DNA of 64,000 nucleotides from contig BROI01000030.1 of the NCBI GenBank assembly GCA_027923505.1, positions 186,001 to 250,000 on the forward strand, written 5' to 3'. Of the stretch, positions 51,401 to 64,000 are shown piece after piece. The position numbers and the translations under genes were made by a program. Origin of the DNA: Mayamaea pseudoterrestris. Its lineage: Eukaryota. Under the pieces are notes generated by a model. The model made no database searches and had not been told where the DNA came from. It saw only the letters and a program-made list of their open reading frames with translations. The stretch's first letter is position 1. Each line of letters opens with the position of its first letter.

Positions 51401-51645
51401 GTGTATTTACTTTGTGCATTTGCCTCCTGCATGTTGCCTGCTTCTAATCCGCAGACGTTGCTGGTTGAACTACCCAATGCGAACACAACAGAGTGGAAAC
51501 ATAAGTGCCCACAACTCTATGCGTACAGAGAGATGATGAGGGCACAAGAAATTGGTGAATTTGTTTTGCGCATCAGCCTCCTGCTTGCCTTTTGCCTGCA
51601 GGTCAGCAGCGCTTCAGTTAGCAGGTGGGCTATGTGACTGCCTAC
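42490..51645 (+). repeat. Satellite D (~330-350 bp unit, a dimer of two diverged ~170-180 bp halves)
   Basis: gcagtggcaaacatcagatcccc recurs at e.g. 47539/47879 and 48838/49181; the related gcagtggcaaacatgaagtgccc lies about half-way between. Confidence 0.93.
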
Positions 51646-54600
51646 TGATATTGGTGGACAACTTGTCACCAGTCTCAGCCCGCATATGCCTTTGACATTC
51701 AACAACGCCCCTACAGCAAGCCGAATGTATACACCCAACATCACACCAGAATGATGCCAACATCATTATTCAGGCAGCGCAACAAGATGGGGTATGCTGG
51801 CTGGTGTTTCAGAAGACTGCAATGATATTGGTGACAACTTGTCACCAGTCTCCAGCCTTACTTGACATTCAAACACCCCTCAAGCAAGCCATGTATACAC
51901 AATCACACCAGATTATGCCAAATCATTATTCAGGCTCTGTATACACGGTTTGCTGTGTCTCAGAAGACTACCATATTGGTGACAACTTGTCACCAGTCTC
52001 AGCCTGCAGATGCCTCTGAGATTCAAAACGCCCCACAGCAAGCCATCATCAAAACACCCAATAACGAAGAATGATGCCAACATCATTATTCAGGCTGCGC
52101 AAATACGTGGTATGCTTGGCTGGTGTCTCAGAAGACTGCAATCATATTGGTGACAACTTGTCGCCAGTCTCACCGCCTGACTTTGACATTCAAACGCCAC
52201 TACAGCAGGCCATGTATACACCCAAATCACACCAGAATGATGCCAACATCATTATTCAGGCTGCGCAACAAGATGGTATGCTTGGATAATGTCTCAGTAG
52301 ATTGTAATCATATTGGTGACAACTTGTCGCCAGTCTCAGCCCGCAGTGCCTTGACATTCAAACGCCCCTACAGCAAGCCATGTATACACCCAAATCACAC
52401 CAGAATGATGCCAACATCATTATTCGGGCTACGCAACAAGATGGTATGCTTGGATGGTGTCTCAGTAGACTGCAATGATATTGGTGACAACTTGTCACCA
52501 GTCTCAGCCCGCAGATGCCTTGACATTCAAACGCCCCTACAGCAAGCCATGTATACACCCAAATCACACCAGAATGATGCCAACATCATTATTCAGGCTG
52601 CGCAATAAGATGGTATGCTTGGCTGGGGTCTCAGAAGACTGCAATCATATTGGTGACAACTTGTCACCAGTCTCAGCCTGCAGATGCCTTGACATTCAAA
52701 CGCCCCTACAGCAAGCCATGTATACACCCAAATCACACCAGAATGATGCCAACATCATTATTCAGGCTGCTACAAACGGCAATGGTTGCTTGGTGATAAT
52801 CACTGCAATGATATTGGTGACAACTTGTCACCAGTCTCAGCTCGTGCCTTGACATTATTCTCACTACAACAAGCCATGTATACACCAATCACACCAGAAT
52901 GATGCCAACATCATTATTCAGGCTGCGCAACAAGATGGTATGCTTGGATAATGTCTCAGTAGACTGCAATGATATTGGTGACAACTTGTCACCAGTCTCA
53001 GCCCGCAGATGCCTTGACATTCAAACGCCCCTACAGCAAGCCATGTATACACCCAAATCACACCAGAATGATGCCAACATCATTATTCAGGCTGCGCAAC
53101 AAGATGGTATGCTTGGCTGGTGTCTCAGAAGACTGCAATGATATTGGTGACAACTTGTCACCAGTCTCAGCCCGCAGATGCCTTGACATTCAAACGCCCC
53201 TACAGCAAGCCATGTATACACCCAAATCACACCAGAATGATGCCAACATCATTATTCAGGCTGCGCTACAAGCTGGTATGCTTGGCTGGTGTCTCAGAAG
53301 ACTGCAATGATATTGGTGACAACTTGTCACCAGTCTCAGCCTGCAGATGCCTTGACATTCAAACGCCCCTACAGCAAGCCATGTATACACCCAAATCACA
53401 CCAGAATGATGCCAACATCATTATTCAGGCAGCGCAACAAGATGGTATGCTTGGATGGTGTCTCAGAAGACTGCAATGATATTGGTGACAACTTGTCACC
53501 AGTCTCAGCCCGCAGATGCCTTGACATTCAAACGCCCCTACAGCAAGCCATGTATACACCCAAATCACACCAGAATGATGCCAACATCATTATTCAGGCT
53601 GCGCAACAAGATGGTATGCTTGGCTGGTGTCTCAGAAGACTGCAATGATATTGGTGACAACTTGTCACCAGTCTCAGCCCGCAGATGCCTTGACATTCAA
53701 ACGCCCCTACAGCAAGCCATGTATAGACCCAAATCACACCAGAATGATGCCAACATCATTATTCAGGCTGCGCAACAAGATGGTATGCTTGGCTGGTGTC
53801 TCAGAAGACTGCAATGATATTGGTGACAACTTGTCACCAGTCTCAGCCTGCAGATGCCTAGACATTCAAACGCCCCTACATCAAGCCATGCATACACCCA
53901 AATCACACCAGAATGATGCCAACATCATTATTCAGGCTGCGCTACAAGCTGGTATGCTTGGATGGTGTCTCAGAAGACTGCAATCATATTGGTGACAACT
54001 TGTCACCAGTCTCAGCCTGCAGATGCCTTGACATTCAAACGCCCCTACAGCAAGCCATGTATACACCCAAATCACACCAGAATGATGCCAACATCATTAT
54101 TCAGGCTGCGCAACAAGATGGTATGCTTGGATAATGTCTCAGTAGACTGCAATGATATTGGTGACAACTTGTCACCAGTCTCAGCCCGCAGATGCCTTGA
54201 CATTCAAACGCCCCTACAGCAAGCCATGTATACACCCAAATCACACCAGAATGATGCCAACATCATTATTCAGGCTGCGCAACAAGATGGTATGCTTGGC
54301 TGGGGTCTCAGAAGACTGCAATCATATTGGTGACAACTACACCAGTTCCCAAATCACAGAATGGTGCCAACATCATTATTCAGGCTGCGCAACAAGATGG
54401 TATGCTTGGCTGGGGTCTCAGAAGACTGCAATCATATTGGTGACAACTTGTCACCAGTCTCAGCCCGCAGATGCCTTGACATTCAAACGCCCCTACAGCA
54501 AGCCATGTATACACCCAAATCACACCAGAATGATGACAACATCATTATTCAGGCTGCGCAACAAGATGGTATGCTTTGGCTGGTCTTCAGTAGACGGCAA

Positions 54601-56255
54601 TGATATTGGTGACAACTTGTCACCAGTCTCAGCCCTGCAGATGCCTTGACATTCAAATGCCCTACAGCAAGCGCAAACAACCCAAATCACACCAGAATGA
54701 TGCCAACATCATTATTCAGGCTGCGCAACAAGGTATGCTTGGGCTGGGATCTCAGTAGACTGCAATGATATCGGTGACAACTTGTCAGCCCGCAGTGCCT
54801 TGACTTCATAAAGCCCCACAGCATGCCATGCATACCACCAAATCACACCAAAATTAAGCCAACATCATTATTCAGGCTGCACAAGCTGGTATGCTTTGGT
54901 GTTCAAAGATGCAATCATATTGGTGACAACTTGTCCAGTCTCAGCCCGCAGATGCCTTGACATTCAAACAGCCCACTCGCCATGTATACACCAAATCACA
55001 CCAGAATGATGCCAAACATCATTCAGGCTGCGATGTATCTTGGTGACTGGGGTCTCAGTAGATAACTTTGTCACCAGTCTCAGCCCGCAGTGCCGTGACA
55101 TTCAAACGCCCCTACAGCAAGCCATGTATACACCCAAATCACACCAGAATGATGCCAACATCATTATTCAGGCTGCGCAACAAGATGGTATGCTTGGATA
55201 ATGTCTCAGTAGACTGCAATGATATTGGTGACAACTTGTCACCAGTCTCAGCCCGCAGATGCCTTGACATTCAAACACCCCTACAGCAAGCCATGTATAC
55301 ACCCAAATCACACCAGAATGATGCCAACATCAATTTTAAGGTTGCGCAACAAGATGGTATGTTTGGCCGGGGTCTCAGAAGACGGCAATGATATTGGTGA
55401 CAACTTGTCACCAGTCTCAGCCCGCAGATGCCTTGACATTCAAACACCCCTACAGCAAGCCATGTATACACCCAAATCACACCAGAATGATGCCAACATC
55501 ATTATTCAGGCTGCGCAATAAGATGGTATGCTTGGCTGGGGTCTCAGAAGACTGCAATCATATTGGTGACAACTTGTCACCAGTCTCAGCCTGCAGATGC
55601 CTTGACATTCAAACGCCCCTACAGCAAGCCATGCATACACCCAAATCACACCAGAATGATGCCAACATCATTATTCAGGCAGCGCAACAAGATGGTATGC
55701 TTGGATAATGTCTCAGTAGACTGCAATGATATTGGTGACAAGTTGTCACCAGTCTCAGCCCGCAGATGCCTTGACATTCAAACACCCCTACAGCAAGCCA
55801 TGTATACACCCAAATCACACCAGAATGATGCCAACATCATTATTCAGGCTGCGCAACAAGGTATGCATGGCTGGTGCAGATTCATGACTGGACTGAAACT
55901 GTGCACCTTCTCGCTCGCAGTTGCTTGATATCAGGCTCCTACACAGCAAGCCATGTATACACCTAAATCACACCAGAATGATGCCAACGTCATTATTCAG
56001 GCTGCGCAACAAGATGGTAGCCTGTCTGGTGTCTCAGAGACTGGAATGATATTGGCGACAACTTGTCACCCAGTCTCAGCCTGCAGATGCCTGAATTCAA
56101 ACGCCTTCTTGCCATGCATACACCCAAATCACACCAGAATGATGCCTACATCATTATTCAGGCTGCCTAAGCCTGGTATGCTTGGCTGGTGTCTGAGAAG
56201 ACTGCAATGATATTGGTGACAACTTGTCACAGGTCTCCAGCTTGCAGGTGTGCCG
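51646..56255 (+). repeat. Satellite A, subfamily A2 (169 bp)
   Basis: Same monomer and dyad with fixed differences: gcttggctggtgtctcagaagactgc, gccttgac, aatcacaccagaatgatgcc. ORF starts at 53120 and 53289 are 169 bp apart. Confidence 0.95.
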
Positions 56256-59120
56256 ATGCACGGGAGAAAAGCTATGTCGTAATGGTGCGCTTGACTCGTT
56301 CAAGTGGCGTGTAGCGAGTGAATCAGGCGCTTGGTAGTCAGGTTCTTGTGGCATTATGCGTCGTCATTGGCTTGGCGCGATCGTATCAGCCTGATTGCGA
56401 TCGACATACTGCACACACGTTCCACTGAGTTCATGTTGTTCCGGTAGGTGGCGTCGCCCGAGGAGTCATCATGCGGCGTCCCGGCCGCGGGGCTTCTTCA
56501 GCGTCAGAAAGCGACGATTAAACTCAAGTTGCTTCTTCGTTATTCATTTGTCAACTCCGCGGATCCCAGGGTGTCCGCAGAGAAAATGACCATCGGATAC
56601 ATTTCCAACTCTGCGTCGACCGGGACGCATATCCACGCTCTGAGGCAAGCCGTCACGATCGCCAAGGGATGGTCTTGCCACAACTGGTGACAATGGCTTG
56701 TGCTCCGATTCTGGGAGGCGGCGGCGTCGTCGATCAGATGGCGAACGAGAAGCGAAGCTGCGATGGGGGCATGAATGGATTCAGCACCGTGTCGTACAAA
56801 GCATACTGGTTGAACTGACCGATAATGGGTCAGTCGGTCTGTCTCTCAAGCGGCGCGCCAGTTCCGACTTGGAGAAGTCGCGAACGTGTGGTCGCTCAAA
56901 CCTGTCACGTTGCGTTGGTTGGTGTACTCAAGATTCTCCTGCTCGCTTCCAGCGAGTCCACCCGTTAACTTTCGCCGTCAATCGCGATCCTTGGCGGGTC
57001 TCGTTGCTTTCTGGCTTCGATTCTGATGTAGCGCACGATACATTGCCTTGGTACCGGCGGCGTAAACTTCCATAACTCTTGCTGTTTTTTCGCGGCTTGA
57101 GTGCGAGCTGACATGACGCTTTCGCAAGAGGAAAGATCTAATCATGTCTGCCTGAGTGGCTGTATGCGTCGGGGCGATGCGAACAGCTATTCTGATACGG
57201 ATTGTACCAGCAGGCAGCCACTTGTGGCTCTGGTTATTCGCCTTGAGTTGCCGTTGTTCGCGCGTCTTGTCGTGGCTGGTCTTGGGGCCCGGCTTCGCGC
57301 GTTCGAGCCATGAGCTGAGCGTCCTCGTTAGTCGGCCGGGTGGTTGCGTCGTGCGACCAGGGGTTCTGCAACAACTGTTCAAAGTTCAGATAATCACCAG
57401 GGAGTCGCTCCTGTAACGTGCCGGCTGCTGGTGTGGCGCGGAGAAGCCTCGTCTCCGGACCCGGCTCGCGGCCCGTCGCCCGTCCGTCTCCTGTGTTGTC
57501 CGGGTTTTGCGGTTGCTTGTTCGCTTAGCCCGGTCGGCGTTCTTCTTGCCCTTATTCAACTTGGCGTTCTTGTTGTCGGCGCCCAGAGCCTGTGCGACAA
57601 CATGTCGAAGAGTATAATCTTCCGTTCGGTCTGGGTCGCCCGCACTGATGTGCGTCGTTTTCCCGAATAGGAGTGCTTTGGTCGCGTCATGTGGGGCCGG
57701 CGTGCCTTCCGGCGCCAGTAGTACTTTTTCGTCACTCCAGGGGCGGAACTCTTCTTCTTCATGAGCTGTTCGGTGTAGTTTAGGAACTTGTAGTGTCCTT
57801 TCGTGTCGTGATCTGCGAATGTCGCAAGCTTGCCGTTCGTTCTTACGGTGGTAGCTACGGAACCAATGGTTCGTCGAAACCGCTCTGAGGCGTCGCTGTC
57901 CCTTCTTCTACTGGTGGTGTGTGTCTTCGGTGCGAGACAATGCGAGCGGTGTAGCCTTCAGCTTTTATTTCTCTTCTTCCGTGACTGGTCGTGCTTGCTG
58001 TCGGGCCTACCTGCGTTGCCTTGTGGCCGCTCAACCCCCGTGGGGATGGGGAGCGTTTTGTAGTCCTTGTAGTCTCTCCACCCGTCTTGGGTTCGTCGCC
58101 CTTGCATCTTCTTCCTTTTCGGCCTTCTCAGCCTTGATGGTCTCATTTTCGTTTGCTTGGCAAGTGCTCGGCTTTCTTCTTCTTGGACTCGGGTCCCGTG
58201 GCGTCCTTCTTCACACTTCCGCGTTTCTTGTTCCCCGGTTCTCTTGGTATCGCTCGGGCTTGCCCAAATCAAGCACGCCCCTTCCTGGGTTGGGGTCCCG
58301 TTCGTGCGTGTTAAACCTCGCGTGCCTCGAGGACAAGTTCACGTAGTTGCTGTGTTTCCCGTCGTTCGTTCTGGGCCGCTGCTTGTTCCTCGGCCGGTTC
58401 TCCGGCTCGTCGCGCGGCATGTCGGTTGCGCGCCTTCTTCTTGCTCGGCGCCAGCTGGGATGGCGGCTCTGTCGACAGTGGGGGCTTCAAAGTTGCTCCT
58501 TGGTCAATCTCAACATCTGGGTAGTGGTGGTTACATTTCCAAAACGAGCTTCTTGGATGTCTCGTCCGTTCGTGCGGAGAAGCTGCAAAGCTTCCGCGGA
58601 ATCGCAACCATGTGGTGAATACCTCTCGCTTTACCGCAAGTCCTTTCTCACACAACAACCGCTCTCAGTGCTGTCGGCCTTATTCTTCTTCGTGTCAGGG
58701 CCCGCAAGGATCTGCTCTTTCTCTCTCTCAATTTCTCGTTCTTTCACTCTCTCTCTTTCCCGCTCTCTGGTCCAACAAGTGCAAGACTGTTAATCTGACA
58801 CGATAATATCAGCGAACCTTTATTCCTTCGACTCAATGGACTCGGAGCGATCAACCTCTTCGTCAGCGTAAAGCAAACAAACAAACTCAATTGCTAGAAT
58901 AGTGCATGTTGCTCGCTACTCTACTCGTGCGCTTCTTTCTCGTTCTCTCCTGGGTTCACGGTCGAGGTTCACGCCTCGTCGTCAGTTCTCATGTGTGGGA
59001 GGATTCGGTCCAAGTGTGACTCAGCCCTGCACAGGATTAAATACAAAACACAGGTAGCTAACCGTCTTGTCGCGAGACGCAGGTCCAACTCAACTCAAGT
59101 ATTGTCATAATTTGTGTTGG
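56256..59120 (-). mobile_element. Truncated, frameshifted Ty1/copia (diatom CoDi-type) LTR retrotransposon: 5' region, gag-like region and protease region; integrase/RT absent
   Basis: Hand translation of the - strand across frameshifts gives IAIDG..NGGLAGSE.RIL (~56930-56990), GQFNQYALY..SIH..SQLR...IDD (~56720-56820) and AIVTSCGKTIPL...DGLP...MRP.VDAELEMYPMVIFSADT.WDP (~56560-56700). The order and pattern match what I recall for CoDi pol (D.GANGG.AG; HQYA; IPL..R.GLP; LTSD..WDP). Boundaries approximate. Confidence 0.65.
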
Positions 59121-59124
59121 CCGG

Positions 59125-62100
59125 TTTTTGGGCACCTACAGTACTTGCTGTAGGGGCGTTTGAATATCACGGCATCTGCGGGCTGAGACTGGTGACAAGT
59201 TGTCTAAATACGGACACCAGCCAAGCCTCCCAGAATTGTTGGCAATTCTGGTGTATTTTAGGCTAGGCTTGCTGTAGGAAATTTGTATGTCATGGCATCT
59301 GCTGGCTGAGCTTGTCACCAACATTGCCATCCCCTGTACAAGCAAGCCAGCCATCTTGTTGCCTGATTAAGTGTTGGCACCATTCTGGTGTATTTTGGGA
59401 GCCCTACGGGGCTTCTGTGGGGGTGATGTCACGCCTCTCCGGGGCGGGCCGTCACCACCGTTCCTTTCCCCCCCCCCTGTGCGCACCCTAAGATGTTGGC
59501 ACCGTTCTGGTGACCCACCTACACTTTCGGGTGGGTGCTAGTGGGCTGATGGTGACAAGTTGTCACCAAATACATTGCCATCCCGCGAGACACCAGCCAA
59601 GCCTACCATCTTGTAGCGCAGCCTGATTAATGTTTGGCTCCGTTTGGTGGAGTATGTTGGGCCTCCGGGCCGGAGCTTTGTGTGTGAGATGTTCGTCTCC
59701 GCGGCTGGGAACTGAGTGACAAGTTGTCACCACACATTCCCTGTGACCCAAGCCTGCCATCTATGTTGGCACCATTCTGGTGTAGCCTTACCGGGCTTGC
59801 TGTGAGGGGTTGTTGTCACGGCATCTGCGCGGCTGAGACTGGTGACAAGATTGTCACAACCGTCATCCCTAGTCCAGCGTGAATAATGATGTTGGCACCA
59901 TTGTGGTGTATTTTGGGGCACCTACGCGCTGTAGGGGCGTTTGAGTGTCACGGCTACTGTGCAGGCTGGCCTTTGGTGACAAGAGATTGTCACCAAATAC
60001 AGCCCTCCCCTGAGACACCAGCCAAGCCTACCATCTTGTAGCGCAGCGTGAATAATGATATTGGACACTATTCTGGGTGTATTTTGGGCACCCTAGAGGG
60101 CTTGCTGTGGGGGGATTTGAATGTCACGGCATCTGCGGGCTGAGACTGAGTATTGCAAGTGGTCACCAAATACATTCGTCATCTCCTGAGACACCACCAA
60201 GACCACCATCTTGTGGCGCAGCCTGATAATGTGTTGGCACCATTCCCTGGTGTATTTGTTTTTTGGGGCCCTGGGCTGGCTGTGGGAGCGTTTGAATGTC
60301 TCATCTGCTGGTGGCAAGTTGTCACCAAATACATTGCCATCCCCTGAGACACCAGCACCCGAGCTTCTTGTTTGTCGCAGCCTCAATCAATGTGTTGGCA
60401 CCGTTTGGTGTTGGTGTAATTTTGGGCACCTACAGGGCTTGCTTGGGGGGTTTGAATGTCAGGCATTGCGGGCTGAGACTGGTGACAAGTTGTCACCTCT
60501 TTCGAACCCACGCCAAGCTACCATCTTGTAGCGCAGCCTGATTGGCGATGTTGGCACCATTTGGTGCTAATTTGGGGCACCCACCCGGGCTTGCTGTAGG
60601 TGTGTTTGAATGTCACGGCATCTGCGGGCTGGAGACTGGTGACAAGTTGTCACCAAATACATTGCCATCCCCTTTGACACCAGCCAGAAGCCAGCCATCT
60701 TGTAGCGCAGCACCCTGAAAAATGATGTTGGCACCGTTCTGGTGTATTTTGGGCACCTAAGGGCTTGCGGTCTTTTTGAAATGTCACGGCATCTGCGGGC
60801 TGAGACTGGTGACAAGTTTGTCTCCAAATACATTCCCCTGTCGCCCTGCTGGTAGCGCAGGCTGATTAATGATGTTAGCACCGTTCTGGTGTATTTTGGG
60901 CACCTACAGGGCTTGCTGTGGAGGGACGTTTGAATGTCACCGGCATCTGCGGGCTGAGACTGGTGACAAGTTGTCACCAATGTACTCCACTGAGACACCA
61001 GCCAAGCCTACCATCTTGTAGCGCAGCCTAACAAATGATGTTGGCTCCATTTTGGTGTAAAGTTCAGGCATCTACCGGGCCTGCTGTAGCGAGTGTGTTT
61101 GAATGTCATAGCATCTGCGGGCGCTGAGACTGGTGACAAGTTGTCACCAAATACATTGCCATCCCCTCTGTCACCCAGCCAACTTTTTTGTACGCAGCTT
61201 CAAAAAGGATGTTGGCACCATTCTGGTTGTATTTTGGGCACCTACAGGGGCTTGCGGGGGGTTGAATGATCCCGGCATCTGCGGGCGAGACTGGTGACAG
61301 AGTTGTCACCAAAATACGATCTGCCATTTCCCCGAGACACAGCCAAGCCCAACCTTGTCGCGCACCTCCAGGTGGGCGTTCTTGGGGACCCTACAGTCTG
61401 TGGGCGTTTGAGAATGTGTTGGCATCGGCACGGCCCGGCTGAGACTGGTAAGTTGTTGCTGCCATCCCCCCTGGACAAGCCCAAGCCAACCATCTTGTAG
61501 CGCATAGCCTGAATGTGGCGGGGTGTATTTTGGGCCTCGGGGCGTTGGGGTTTGGAGATGTCACAGCACCTGCGCGGCTGGAGACTGGTGACAAGTTGTC
61601 ACCAAATACATTGCCATCCCCTGAGACACCAGCCAAGCCTACCATCTTGTAGCGCAGCCTAATGATGTTGGCACCATTCTGGTGTTTTGGGCACCTACAG
61701 GGCTTGCTGTAGGGGCTTTTGAGTGTCATGGCATCTGCGGGCTGAGACTGGTGACAAGTTGTCACCAAATACATTGCCATCTCCCCTGAGACACACCAGC
61801 CAAGCTTACCAGCTTGTAAAGCGCACCCAAAATACAGATGTTGGCACCATTCTGGTGTATTTTTGGGCACCTACCAGGGCCTGCTGTAGGGGGGTGTGTC
61901 TGAGTTCACAGCATCTGCGGGTGACTGGTGACAAGTTGTCACCTTATACATTGCCATCCCCGAGACACCACCAAGCCTACCATCTTGTAGCTGCAGCCTG
62001 AATAAGATGTTGGCACCATTCTGGTGTAATTTTGGGCACCTACAGGGCTTGCTGTAGTGTGTCTGAATGTCATGGCATCTGCGGGCTGGAGACTGGTGAC

Positions 62101-64000
62101 AAGTTGTCCCAAATACACGTTCATCCTGTTAGACACCAGCCAAGGCCTCACCATCTTGTAGCGCATCCTGAAAAATGATGTTGGCACCACTCTGGTGCAA
62201 TTTTGGGCATCTACGGGCTTGGGCGTTTATGTCCTACGTCTACGCGGATCTGGCTGAGACCTGGTGACAAGTTGTCACCAAATACATTCTGCCATCCCCT
62301 GAGACACCAGCCAAGCTTACCATCTTGTCACGCAGCCTGACTAATGTGGCACCATTCTGGTGTAATTTGGGCTCCTACCGGGCCTGCTGTAGTGTGTCTG
62401 AATCGGCAGCTCTCGGGCTGAGACTGGTGACACAAACAACACATTCACATCCCTGAGCCAAGCCAGCTACCATCTTGTAGCGCAGCCTGAATAATAGATG
62501 GTTGGCACCATTCTGGTGTCATTTGGGCACCCCACAGGGCTTTGCTGTAGGGTGTCTGAATGCAGCATCTGCCGGGTTAGACTGGTGACAAGATGTCACC
62601 AAATAAATTTCCATCCCCTGTGACACCAGCCAAGCCTACCATCTTGTAGCGCAGTCTGAATAATGATGTTGGCACCATTCTGGTGTAATATGGGCACCTA
62701 CAGGGTTTGCTGTAGGGCGTCTGAATGTTCGGCATCTGCGAGGATGAGACTGGTGACAAGTTGTCACCAAGATACATTGCCATCCCCTGGAGACACCAGC
62801 CAAGCCTACCATCTTGTAGCGCAGTCTGAATAATGATGTGTGGCACCATTCGTGGGGTATTTTGGGCACCTACAGGGCTTGCTGTAGGGGGTTTGAATGT
62901 CACGGCATCTGCCGGCTTGAGACTGGTGACAAGTTGTCACCAAACCATACATTGCCACTCCTGAGACACCAGCCAAGCTCTACCATCTTGTAGCGCAGCC
63001 GGATAATGATGTTGGCACCATTCTGGTGTATTTTTGGGCACCTAAGGGCTTGCTGTAGGGGCGTTTGAATGTCACGGCATCTGGTGGACGAGACTGGTGA
63101 CAGAAGTTGTCACCAAATACATTGCCATCCCCTGAGACACAGCCAACGCCCACCCTGTAGCGCAGCCTGAATAAGATGTTGGCACCATTCTGGTGTATTG
63201 ACTCTACAGGGGCCTGTAGGTTCTGAATGGGCATGGGACTGGTGACAAGTTGTCACCAATATCCGGGACCGCCAAGTCACCATCTTGTAGCGCAGCCTGA
63301 TGTTGGCACCATCTTGATCCTACCGGCCTGCTGTAGGGTCGAGCATCTGCGGGCTAGGAGACTGGTGACAAGTTGTCACCGCAAATACATTGCCATCCAC
63401 CTGAGACACCTACCACTTGTAGCGCAGCCTGAATAAATGGTTGGCCCCCCATATTGGGCACCCTACAGGCTTGCTGTAGGGTGTCTGGTGTGAAAGCAAT
63501 TCGGCTGAGACTGGTGACAATGTCACCAAACCATTGCCATCCCCTGAGACACCAGCCAAGCTTAACATTGTCTTGTAGCGAAGCAGCCTGAAAAATGATG
63601 TTGGCACCATTCTGTGTGATTTGGCACCTACAGGGCCTGCTGTAGGGGCGTTTGAATGTCATGGCATCTGCGGGCTGAGACTGGTGACAAGTTGTCACCA
63701 AATACATTGCCATCCCCTGAGACACCAGCCAAGCTTACCATCTTGTAGCGCATCCTCAAAAATGATGTTGGCACCGTTCTGGTTTAATTTGGGCACCTAC
63801 AGGGCTTGCTGTAGGGGCGTTTGAATGTCATGGCATCTGCGGGCTGAGACTGGTGACAAGTTGTCACCAAATACATTGCCATCCCCTGAGACAGCAGCCA
63901 AGCCTACCATTTTGTATCGCAGCCTGAAAAATGATTTTGGCACCATTCTGGTGTATGCTGGGCACCTACAGGGCTGCTGAAGGGGCGTTTGAATGTCATG
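59125..64000 (-). repeat. Satellite A, subfamily A3, inverted orientation, runs off the window end; indel-rich
   Basis: Reverse-complement monomers gactggtgacaagttgtcaccaaatacattgccatcccctgagacaccagccaagcctaccatcttgtagcgcagcctgaataatgatgttggcacc. Confidence 0.95.

Noticed and set aside
58790..59120. Defined LTR and primer-binding site for the copia remnant
   Set aside because: An AATAAA is present on the - strand near 58820, but there is no second LTR copy, no clear TG...CA ends and no recognisable PBS.
10373..64000. Hundreds of Cys/His-rich ORFs such as MTPEWCQHHYSGCATRW...
   Set aside because: By-products of translating tandem repeats whose length is not a multiple of 3. They shift frame each monomer and show no domain or frame preservation.

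Overview
Eukaryotic nuclear DNA, very probably from a diatom (spliced genes, bipartite plastid-targeting peptide, diatom-type ZEP and retroelements, TTAGGG repeats). Bases 1-8.4 kb are gene-dense: ISD11/LYRM4, PAC3/PSMG3, an unknown ORF, a Man1/Src1-like membrane protein, TTC4/Cns1 and a ZEP1-like zeaxanthin epoxidase. From ~10.07 kb to the end lies a >=54 kb field of tandem repeats built from nucleosome-sized monomers. SatA is 169 bp, carries a 19-bp dyad TGGTGACAA-C-TTGTCACCA, has three subfamilies, a 22-mer higher-order repeat and one inverted array. SatB (172/180 bp) and SatC (181 bp) are inverted relatives that carry a G-quadruplex motif. SatD is a ~340 bp heterodimer. Two degraded retroelements are embedded: a DIRS/Ngaro-like element inserted in register into one SatA monomer, and a CoDi-type Ty1/copia at the point where SatA polarity flips. 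The most striking structure is a 14.5 kb SatA block bounded by outward-facing telomeric seeds, (CCCTAA)~3 at 19369 and (TTAGGG)4 at 33806. Both seeds join SatA at the same monomer position and both continue into the G4 satellite on the G-rich strand. Parts of the repeat field look like unpolished long-read consensus, so all junctions need read-level confirmation. Family assignments come from motif recognition only; no searches were run.
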